Shown piece by piece: positions 1 to 12,000 of a stretch of DNA of 64,000 nucleotides; within the stretch, counting starts at the first letter, position 1; each line of letters starts with the position of its first letter. The notes beneath the pieces were generated by a model. The model saw only the letters and a list, made by a program, of their open reading frames with translations. It was not told the DNA's origin and searched no databases. A program made the translations under genes and the position numbers. Location: the NCBI GenBank assembly GCA_020137815.1, contig CM035352.1, positions 6,944,001-7,008,000 on the forward strand. Reading direction: 5' to 3'. This DNA comes from Hormiphora californensis (lineage: Eukaryota; Animalia; Ctenophora).

Positions 1-30
1 CAGTATTCAGATGAACCTGCTCTCCTCTAG

Positions 31-3000
31 ATACGAGTAATGCTGGAGGTTGCTTGGGAAGCGATAGCAGACTCAGGGTATGACCCAAATGAACTACGAG
101 ATACCTCAACTGGGGTTTACATAGGTTAGTGCTTACTGTTGTATATCTCACCACCTTGCTGGGCCTGGGGTTTGCTGGACAATGTATCCTAAAACCGCTT
201 CCGGTTTAACAATTTATCGCGTGTCCGTGGTATATAGAAGTTCCCATCTTAACCCCCCCCCCCCCTCATTTCCAGGTAACTGTATCATTGAGGCAGGAGA
301 GGCGCTGACTAACAATGTCTCTAATATCACTGCAACCGGCTTTCTAAACGGACTTCACAGCTCCCTTCCTAACCGGGTTTCACAATTCTTCCGTTTCACT
401 GGACCTAGTGAGACTCACGATACAGGCTGTTCGGCCTCCCTCTACTCGCTAGGTAGGTTATAAATAGCTGTAACAGTGTAACTGTTGATGAGTATACGGC
501 ACTGCGGGGTAGCAACACCTCCCATCTAGGTACAGTACTACATACAAACACGGTCCCCCTTATTTCAGATACGGCAGTGATGGCGATGAAGAGGGGAGAT
601 ATTAGTGCAGCCCTTATAGGAGGGTGCAATCTGAACCTGAAGCCCCAAGCCACCACCGCTCTTCACCGTATGAATATGGTCTCCAGTGGACGGGGGTGTA
701 GAGTGTATGATAAATCTGCCGATGGGTATAGCAGAGCTGAGTGCATCTCCCTCGTCTTACTACAGGTAAATCATATCATGTTTGCTACTTTGAGTGTTGA
801 CGTTGCCGTCCTTGCTGACAGTCCGTCCCACGCTAACCGATGACATAGCACCACGGTTTCGTTATTTATCGTCATATTTCAGTGGCGAAGTAAGGCCCGG
901 AGGATATACGGAAGGATTGTTAACAGTGTAACAAATAATGATGGATTTAAAGAGGAGGGCATCATCTTCCCTGACTCCAACAGCCAGGTAACAACACCAA
1001 AATTCGCATAGAGAAACCTGCTTTCACCTGGTGAAACACATGCAATAGCGCAACTAATCGCCTGGTGGAAGAAGGTTCCTCCGCACGATCTCCCCATCAT
1101 GATATCCACACCAGATGATCCAACTAATCTCCTGCAGATATCCCTGTTAACGGAAGCGTACCAAGGAACATGTGTCAATGTAGGGGACGTGGCATATGTC
1201 GAGGCACATGGTACTGGTACACAGGCTGGTGATACCCAGGAATGTCTCGCTGTGGATTCTTTTTTCTGTTCATCACGTGATCAGGTAGGGAGAGAGCAAG
1301 AGAGAAAACAAAAGCTTGGTGACATTTACACTTCGCGCAACCGAGATTGAGCTCGCACATATTGAGCGAAGCAGAGAGGTAGCAATGGTACCAAAAGAAA
1401 CTTCATAATATCTTCTTTCGTGTATTGGAACAAGTTCTGACAAATATTCTTTCCAGAATGAACCCTTGCTAATTGGTTCAATCAAGTCGAATCTTGGCCA
1501 CGCTGAACCTGCTAGTGGAGTTGCTAGTCTGTGCAAGGTTCTGATGTCCTATACACACGGAGTTATACCGCCCAACATTCATCTTAACGAGATCAACCCT
1601 AAACTGACTGCTGTAGTGGAGGGTAGACTGAAGATAGTGGTATGTTAATTTACTGGGGTTAGGGAAAATTGTATCTTCACCAGAGATAGTTGGGTGATCA
1701 ATACAAATTACAAATTATATTGATTGTGATATATACAAATGAGTGATCCTAAAATATTCAGACGGATGCCACGCCTCTAACTGGAAACGCCCTTGTATCT
1801 TTGAATGCTTTTGGGTTTGGAGGTTCCAACGCCCACGTTATTTTACTGCCCAATGAGAGAGAAGGAGGGGAAGATGTGGGGATTACTGAGGTGTTTGTAG
1901 CTGGGAGGACTGAGCGTGCTGTAGATGGGATCCTGGATATCTGCCAGACTCACCCTACCCCAGGTAACCATGGTGATTAGCTAGACTCACCCAACCCCAG
2001 GTAACCACTTGGTAATGAAATTACCCCTCTGTTATTATTGCTCATGTATGCAATAAAAGGGGTGACTTCGTAACCAAGGTAACCACCACTATCTCTCCAC
2101 TATATCTCCACTAAGTAGTGGTGTGGTGTGTACAAATTACCAGCCCCACCATTACCTCTTCCAGGTGTCAGGGACGTTGTCAGGGGGAGTATCCGGGTTG
2201 CTAGGGAACTCTATCCGTATCGAGGAGTGGCAACCTTTAACAATTCGGGAGAACAGCTCACACGGAAGATAGAACAAATCCAATCACCTCCTAAACCAGT
2301 AAATTTCCATGTTTTCGGAAATGCCACCGATGTTCGATGAGAATTGCCAAAAACCAACTTTTGATATCTGGTTCAGCTTGAAGACGTCATAACTCATAAC
2401 ACCCCCGCTCCTATTTATTAGGTTTGGTTGTTGCTAGGTGGTCTGGGATCCCAATGGCCCGGCATGGCGGCTGGTCTGATGAGTTTTCCTGAGTTTTCCA
2501 ACTCTATTACCACCTGTCAGGAGGTTCTAGAGCGTCTTGGGGCAACTGAGATTGACATACCTTACATTATCACCAGCAAGGTAAAATGCAAATGCCCCGG
2601 TGGTCCAAATTACCCCGGTCTTAGGTCTACCCTATGTTATGTTTAGGAAGAGTTTGCGCTCAATTTGCATACTTTTGCTAGAATCTTTCCATCCGTCTGG
2701 TATTCTCAATGTCAACAAGTATCCGTATAATGAGTCCTAACTTTAATTTTAGGATTCCGACATAGGGAGTTCCATCGTTTCCATGTTTGTGGGTTTGTCC
2801 GCCCTCGCTGTTGGGCTAGTTGATCTTCTCGGGCATCATGGCCTGCCCGTTGCTGGGGTCATTGGACACAGTCTGGGTGATACACTTTGCGGGTACGCGT
2901 TAGGTAAGTACAGGGTGTCCCACTGTCTTTGCGTGACCTATGATTTTGGGTGATGAGTGGGTTCCATTCAAATGCTCATAACTCATCGAAAAATTGGTCA

Positions 3001-6000
3001 AAACGGCTCAACCAAAAACAGTGTTGTAGAGAATTGTCAGGCGAACATTTGGGTACAAGATTGATGTTCCAAGTCTTACCAACCGTCAGATATATCGTCT
3101 TAAAGTCAAAAATACGTGTTCATGAAATCCGACCGGGGTTCACGTTTTGAAAAATTCACAAATGCAAAGTTGCTCGGATCACATTGCATCCCTCATAAGA
3201 GTTGTAGGAAATTGTCTGGCGGTCATTTTGGTACCCGAGTTTTTGTCCTAGCTTAATGTTTAGAGTGTCTTATGACTGTCAGAACTGGAATTTTCACAAA
3301 AGTGGTCTCAGGTATCGCATTACATTTTGCCCTGTTATGAAGCTCATTGCTGCTTGAATAACATCTTAGTGCATGATAGTGTTGAGATAGACCACTTGCG
3401 TATCCTACACATTAACAGGGGCCTTGCCAAATCGTCATAACAACCCTGTCAAGTGTCTAGATGAAATTGAGACGATATGTGCTGATTATCATGGGATTAC
3501 ACACGACACCGAGCCACCTAATTAGGCGTTGTGAGCCGATACCAACTAAGACTCAGCGTAGACAAATCCTTATGTTCCTACAGTCATAACGCAACTAAAA
3601 CGTAGAGCTATGGATAAAATCATGGTATCAAAATGAACCTTAGACGATTCCAATGAAGCCCTTATAAATTTCAAACCATTTTACCCATTTGTTGATGACA
3701 CGTGATCCCCTCAAAAATGTTGGTTGAATTTCGTCTTTAGACAGTCATAAGACAGTCTAAACATTAAGCTAGGACAAAAACCCGGGTACCAAAGTGACCG
3801 CCAGACAGTTTCCTACAACTCTTATGAGGGATGCAATGTGATCCGAGCAACTTTGCATATGTGAATTTTTCAAAACGTGAACCCCGGTCGGATTTCATGA
3901 ACACGTATTTTTGACTTTAAGACGATATATCTGACGGTTGGTAAAACTTGGAACATCAATCTTGTACCCAAATGTTCGCCTGACAATTCTCTACAACACT
4001 GTTTTTGGTTGAGCCGTTTTGACCAATTTTTCGATGAGTTATGAGCATTTGAATGGAACCCACTCATCACCCAAAATCACAGGTCACGCAAAGACAGTGG
4101 GACACCCTGTACTACAACATGAGCCATTGTTACCATGGTTACCATTGTTACCATGGTTACCAAGATATCCATACACAACAACCCTCCCCCTGGTGCAGGT
4201 CTACACAGCGTTGAAACCGTAATGAAGTCTGCCTACGCTAGAAGCACCTTCTTCACATCCCACTCTAACCGTCTCGCGGGGAAGATGTACGGTGTGTCGT
4301 GTGGTGTGGAGGACCTGGCTCCTGGGGTACATGTGGCCTGCTACAACAGCCCCTCTCATGTGACTGTTAGTCTCCCCGCTGGGATTGGGACTGGAAAGGA
4401 GATCCTCTCTAGAAATGGTACAATTTGTATAATAGATGGAGTTGTAATGCTGTTGCCATGGAAATTAGACACAACCTTGACAACAGAAAAAACTCTCTAA
4501 CTTCATCTCCAACAATCAGGTTCAGTTCGGATTCGTGAAGTTGCATCTGGTGGATTTGCCTTCCATCACCCTATATTCACCACCCTAACATCCGACATCA
4601 CCACCCTTTTGTCGAGTTGTGTTACCCCGGTAACGCGTCCTGACAACTGGATATCCACATCATATCCACCGGAGAGCCAGCCCGTTACCATGGGAGCTGA
4701 ATTCTTCTCAGATAACCTGGTGAACCCTGTATACTTTGAGCAGAATGTCCGGGAGAGTCTGCCTAGTGATGCCATTGTTATCGGTAGGTGGTCGAGCTGC
4801 TAAATGCAACTGTAGAAACCCGGTATAATGTTGTGATTAAATTGTGAACAAATCGACCTGCCACCTGTTCACTCCATTATTGTGAGCTCACTAGGTGTCC
4901 ATGTCACCAACCCTCTCCCCAATTCACCATGGTCATTACTCAAACTGGGGGGGCCGGCTGAAGTTTTTGAAGTTTGAAGTTTTCCACCCTACTTTTTGAG
5001 TTTTTGAAGTTTTTGAAGTTGACTTCAAAAACTTCAAAAACTTCAAAAACTCTAAACTACTTTTATATGCCATCAGTGACTATTATTACACTTGTTTAGG
5101 TTAGTTTCATGCTTAATACATATTGTGGCAAAGTTATCCGTCCTTGTCTGCCCTTTTTCTACCACAAATTAGGATAATTACAATGATTCCTAGCCATGAA
5201 ATCCATGGCACAATAGGCGTAAAAAATTTAAATTTTTTGTAAAAACAGATTTTATTTTCATTCTATAGCTCAAAAAAATGCCTAGAAAATGCTAAGAAAG
5301 TGTTTAAAAATTATGAAGTAAATTTTCAAAAATTTTTTGGGGCCACACCCTTTTTGCCAGTTTCGCAAAATGCAAATTTTTCATGAAGGGAGTAGTGAAA
5401 AAAATATGGACACCAAAATCATCAGCGGCCTCGAGTTAGTGGGGGTACGTGCCAAAATGAAGTCTCCACCTCATCTAATTAGAGGGATAATGGGATATTT
5501 TCATAATTTTGTGTGTGCACATGACTTTTTTTGGGCTAGACCAGTTTTAATGGTTTATGAGTGACTATAGGCTTTTTAAAGAGGTGCACCTTGTCCGGAA
5601 TATGCAAGTTTATATAAGAGTTATGAAGCAACATAGGGCCTATCTCCAACGGTTTAGGAGATATGAGTTTTTGAAGTTTTTGAAGTTTTTGAAGTTTTCC
5701 ACCCTAAGTTTCTCTTTGAAGTTTTTGAAGTTGACTTCAAAAACTTCAAAAACTTCAGCCGGCCCCCCCCTCAAACTCCCATTACCCAATTCAGAGATCT
5801 CAGGAAACTCGTCCCTTCTGGGTCTACTACCCTCCTCCAACACCAAAATAGGACTTGTCCGTTACAAGAAAAACTCTCGAGATTCCTTCCTAGCTGGTAT
5901 GTGAAGTTATAAACACCTTGGTCAATGGAGGTATCATCTCATGACTCATAATAAACACCTTTCCCTCAATAAATATCAACTCTGCTCATTTCATTCCTGA

Positions 6001-9000
6001 TTCTGCTCATTGTATTCCTAATTCCTGTCCTCATACTTCATGTTTATTCAGGGGTTGGTGAGTTGTTTCTGCAGGGGGTTGTGGAGGACCCGTACGTTCT
6101 ACTACCTGCCCCTTCTTACCCCGTACCCCGGTCTACCCCACATATCTCATCTGCCATAGCGAGCGGTTGGAACCACTCAAAACGGTAATTAAGTTAACTA
6201 TTTAATTAAGTAACTTGTAAACTAATAGTTTAGTTTGTACCGACCCTTCTTACACTTTGAGTGGGTGATGAAGAAGGGTCGGGTAGGTACTGCAAAAGTG
6301 GTGTGCGGACTTTAGTGCTAACGGACTCTTTATCTAAACCCAAGGCGGACTCTATGTCTATTAGATAAAGAGTCCACTGTAGACTTAGAGTGTAGCACTA
6401 GAGTCCGCACATCTGCAGTAGTACTACTCAATGATTTATTTTTGTCCCGCGCCGCCCATCCTGCCTGTGGGTTGCCATCGTGTAAAAAGATGCAATAAAG
6501 TGCTACTCAATTTCACTTTTAAACTCTATATTAATTAATCCCTGGATAATATCGTACTGACATTTCAGATGGTGGGTTCCAGTTTTGGACGAGTTCTTGG
6601 TTAATGCTAATGATGCAAAACTAAATAAATTTGTCTCCTCCTTCCCAATAACTACACCTCTAATCGGTGAGTATTTAGTTAGTGGCAATATAATCGCTAT
6701 GACAACCATAACAACCACTTGAGAAGGTTATATCAGAAGTTGGAAGCCACTTTAGAATCGGAAACTAAATGTGTAGAGAGAACTCCCCTGGGATATTTCA
6801 TTACTGGGGGTTTTCTTGGCCAATCGTGAGAGATTATAAATAATTCAATCTGAGTTCTAAAAAATATTATCATTTCAGCGAGTTTCCTGGCGGGATACAG
6901 TGTAGGGGGACAGTGCACCCTGCCCCTTTCCCTGGGCGTGTACCTTACCTGGCAGAGCTATGCTCGTGTTAACGATCTCTCCCTGAGCAGTGTCTGTGTG
7001 CAGTTAACACACGTTAACATTCATAACACGGTGAGTGGCAGTAATCACACGTTAACATTCATAACACGGTGAGTGGCAGTTAACACATGTTAACATTCAT
7101 AATACGCTGAGTGGTATATTGCAGTTGTTACATGGTAACCATGGTAACCCTGTTAACTTCTGCAGGTGTACAGAGATACGTTGGAGGATTCGGCAAAGAT
7201 AAACGTTGCTATCCTCCCTAAATCAGGGGCATTTCAAGTCAGTGTGGGAGATATCCTCTTTATCTCAGGGACCATCAATATACACGATCCTCTGGTGAGA
7301 AATGAACATTTCGCCCCATGTTGTGATCCTTGCTCCTATTTCTTCACCCTCTGTTTCTTCACCCTCGATGTACATAATTGTACCCCTCCCATTTATGGGT
7401 ATTTGTATACAATACCCTCGCCCTCCACTCACTATATCAATTGCAGAGTGAATGTATGCTCGGCTCATGCTCGGAATCATCCCTCCTGGAACCAGGAGCA
7501 ATGCTTGAATTCCTGGAATTGTTGTCGCCTAGCAACGGAGATCTTGTAAAGTGTGACCTGGAGACATTCTCTTGTCTGGCTTTACCTAATGATAACTTAC
7601 TCTATAGTCTGGATGCTCACTTTCAGTCACTCCAGGTATATCTTGTTTAGCTCACACTCTGAGGGCTCGGCATATCAAGGTATTTCTTGTCTTGTTTGAC
7701 CCCTATGAACAGAACAAGGTACTGTAATTACAGTCGTACCCTGATTTACCGGAAAAAGTAAAAACCCATGTCCTTCAAGCATCCTGGTAAATCGGACCGG
7801 ATATCATAACCGTAGCAATTGAGATTATAGCCGTAAAACACCCAATTATATCCAATGTTAATTGCAATGTCATGTTACAGCTGGAAGCCATGTCCCACTT
7901 CCCATTCTGTGGTTTGACGTCAGTTGACTCTGTCACGGTTGATGGTCGGGGATTCCCTGAAGTCTCCTGGATTTGCCATCCCTACCCGGGTTCCTGTCTC
8001 TCTGATGCTGTCCACGTGGAGGGAGCTACATTCACCGTTCGAACAGGTACATGGCACACAATATTATAGGTATCCATGGAAACATGGGGGGTTACTATGG
8101 AAACATGGAGGGGTTACCATGGAAACATGGGGAGGGGGTTACTATGGAAACATGGGCAGGGGGTTACTATGGAAACATGGGGAGGGGGTTACTATGGAAA
8201 CATGGGCAGGGGGTTACTATGGAAACATGGATGCGTTACTATGGAAACATGGGGAGGGGGTTACTATGGAAATATGGGGGGGGGGGGGTACTATGGAAAC
8301 ATGAGGATGGGGTTACTATGGAAACATGGGCAGGGGGTTACTATGGAAACATGGGGAGGGGGTTACTATGGAAATATGGGGGGGGGGGGTTACTATGGAA
8401 ACATGAGGATGGGGTTACTATGGAAACATGGGGCGTTACTACGGAAACATGGGGAGGGGGTTAAGGGTACGCTAACCAAATTTTTTTTTCGAGTGCAGGG
8501 AAATCTCTCACCGTAGGGTTGTAGGCCATACCAAGGAGACCTCAAATATGCAATTTTAGCTCTTAAGTCGAATTCATATTTTTGCTACAGCTGTATAAAA
8601 AATGTCCTGTAAATACGTTTTTGGCATCTCAAAAAATTTTCTTTAAAGATAGAAGCATGAAAATTTGGGGATTTGAAGAGGACATGAAGGGGAATAACCA
8701 CAAAAATTGTTTTTGCAATCCGAGCTGATTTCCGGTCCTGAGATGGATTTCTTTTTTTCCACTTTAACGCCCTATTTGGCAAAGTTCCGAAAACATGTGA
8801 AAGCTGTAAATTGGTGAAAAGTTGCGTCTAACGATTCTCTATATGGCCATAAATTTTGGGCGTGTCCTTATTTGAGATAAGCTGTACAGAGTTTTTTTTG
8901 TGAAAGCCGTCATTTCAGAAATAAATAAATTGCCTGTATCTCAAAAACGGCTGATCGTAGAGACCTGAGACTATGCTTAAACGATTCAGGAGGTCCGATT

Positions 9001-12000
9001 TTGGGGGGGTCTTCTGAGAGACATTTTGCTCCTACTTCAACCGTTTTTGCTGTAATTGCGAAAAACAAATTCTATGGAAAGGGCAAAAGCTAAACTCCAA
9101 TATCCTGTAATTAGGTAATTTTGGCTAAGAAAGGACCGAAACTATGGAAAAATGTGTAACAAGCTAATTCCTTCACTATTTGGTCCATATGGGTCCCTAT
9201 AATCACAAAAAACAAAATCACAAAAAATCCACGATGGCGAAGATGGGTTTTTGTTTTTCGCAATTACAGCAAAAACGGTTGAAGTAGGAGCAAAATGTCT
9301 CTCAGAAGACCCCCCCAAAATCGGACCTCCTGAATCGTTTAAGCATAGTCTCAGGTCTCCACGATCAGCCGTTTTTGAGATACAGGCAATTTATTTATTT
9401 CTGAAATGACGGCTTTCACAAAAAAAACTCTGTACAGCTTATCTCAAATAAGGACACGCCCAAAATTTATGGCCATATAGAGAATCGTTAGACGCAACTT
9501 TTCACCAATTTACAGCTTTCACATGTTTTCGGAACTTTGCCAAATAGGGCGTTAAAGTGGAAAAAAAGAAATCCATCTCAGGACCGGAAATCAGCTCGGA
9601 TTGCAAAAACAATTTTTGTGGTTATTCCCCTTCATGTCCTCTTCAAATCCCCAAATTTTCATGCTTCTATCTTTAAAGAAAAGTTTTTGAGATGCCAAAA
9701 ACGTATTTTCAGTTCATTTTTCAAGCAGCTGTAGCAAAAATATGAATTCGACTTGAGAGCTCAAAGTGCATATTTGAGGTCTCCTTGGCATGGCCTACAA
9801 CCCTACGGTGAGAGATTTCCCTGCACTCGAAAAAAAATTTTGGTTAGCGTACCCTTAAGTAACACCCTCCTTGTTTCTATAGTAACCCCCCCCCCTATGA
9901 TTCCATAGTACTATGGAATCATAGGGGGGGGGGTACTATAGAAACATGGATGCGTTACTATGGAAACATGGGCAGGGGGTTACTATGGAAACATGGGGAG
10001 GGGGTTACTATGGAAACATGGGGGGGGGGGGGGTTACTATGGAAACATGGATGCGTTACTATGGAAACATGGGGGGGGGGGTTACTATAGAAACAAGGAG
10101 GCACGGTCTTGTATATTATCAATATAATATGTGTTGCACTGTTATGTTTTACTTCTTCATTGTTTGTTTTGTTCCGGGGCGCGGGGAAGGAGGGTCGAAC
10201 AAGGCAATTCATTGTCACATCTTAACCAAACATTGGCTCGAGAGAGATGTTATATCGCTCTGTAGTTGTTATTCATGTTGCTGCACAGTTGGCAAAGTTA
10301 CTCAACGACCAAATACACCCTCCCACGTGACTTGCACCACGTGCAAAACATGCGTTATAACAATATTATCATCTATGCACAGGTCAACATACAGCTTCCT
10401 AAACGCTCGAGCTAGTTTTCCATCCTCACTCACTCGAATATCCGCGGATCATGATCCTGATACCTCCCCCCTCCGCCATCAACGACACCTTACTTGAAGA
10501 CGATGATGACATAACAGAGAGACAGATAAAATCCGTTCTAAAGATTCTCCTCCCAGTCCTAGCTGGGCTCTCCATCCCCCCATCACTTGTCAATATTATC
10601 CTGCTACTAAACTTTGGTATCTTCACAGCCCCTTCCAATATCCTGTACCTGAATCTCATCCTACTAGATCTCATCAACAGTTACCTCGCCCTGACACTAA
10701 CCCTCAACAATCTTGATGTTGATAAAGTTTGGAGCAGATTTAACGCCACCCTGTATCTCTTCTCCTTTGATGCCTACATAGTTCTCCTACTGGGTCTCAC
10801 TGTCCTCCGTGTCCTCTGTGTCAAGATGTCTGCCTTGTCTGTCCTTCACAACCTCCACCTCGTATCCAGGGGAACGGTTGTCATGGCAGCAGTGTGGGGA
10901 GTCTTCATGGTGGTATACCCTCGCTTGGTACCTGTGGATGACGACACAAAGCAACCTGATGTAATCTGGTTCCTGTGGTGTGACATCGGAGAGATTCTTA
11001 TGGTGCTTGCTGCTGTCATTCTAGCACTGTACACCTGGGCACGTGTTAGGTACGTGTACACCTCATGTCACACATACAAAGCAGCCACATACACGTGCAT
11101 GCTCCTTGTCCTGAACTACATGATCAGTTACAGTTGGTATTTTGTATTAAACATGGGGCGATTCTACTACACGATTATTGATAAAGATGTACCTGATAGT
11201 GGGCTGTTCGTGTTGTTGTTTTTCAAGAAGAATAACTCAGTTATCATTGGAATTGCGTTCATGGCCGCCCAGACTCTTTGTCTGAATCTCATCCTGCTGT
11301 GGCAAGACAAGGCGAGGGGCACGTTGAGGAAGTATGGTCTGATGTGCTGGAGTGATGTGAAGAGGAAGGTACAGAACTTCGGTCAGGATTCAATGCTCTA
11401 CACTCGTCTTGAGTGAAACGAGACACTGCATGGGATCTAGATCAGACAGCGAGAAACCATGGGATTGGAAGTAACTCTGTCTGTGACACTGATACTGGGA
11501 TTGAGAAAGAGACTGCATTTCGAGTTCGTGTGTGTTAATGTTGTTATGGGGAATAGTTTGATTTTTTCATAAAAACTCTGCAAGTTTTTGTTGTTATTAG
11601 AACAGTCGGCCCTCGATTCACCGGGGAGGGAAAGGTGTCAATATGAGCCCACAACACCTTCCCCCCCAACCATCCCCATATGGGTTGGTAAGTTTCGTGT
11701 CCGGTAAATTGACAGTATACTGGAATTGGGGTCCTACCCCATTCTAGACTCCTTGAGACCCGATGTAACCCATGATATCTTTGTTGAGTCAACAATGATA
11801 TCTCTCCCCGATACCCATATCGCCCCCATCTCTGCCCTAACCCATGATATCTCTCCCCCAGACGTTCCACCCAGCCTGGTATACAGTGGTATTGTAGGAG
11901 GTGGCCCACTGTGGGTTACCAGCGCGGAACCTGTCTTCCAGGGCCAGCTACACGTGATGTGGTCACGTGACCGGCCCGTGGCGGTCCTCACAGAGGAGGA

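Noticed and set aside
2950-4070. Identical 66-aa ORFs on opposite strands (likewise 8585-8782 and 9537-9734)
   Set aside because: By-products of MITE terminal inverted repeats; no transposase motifs.
7924-8516. Gly/Tyr-rich repeat proteins
   Set aside because: Reading frames through the intronic minisatellite.
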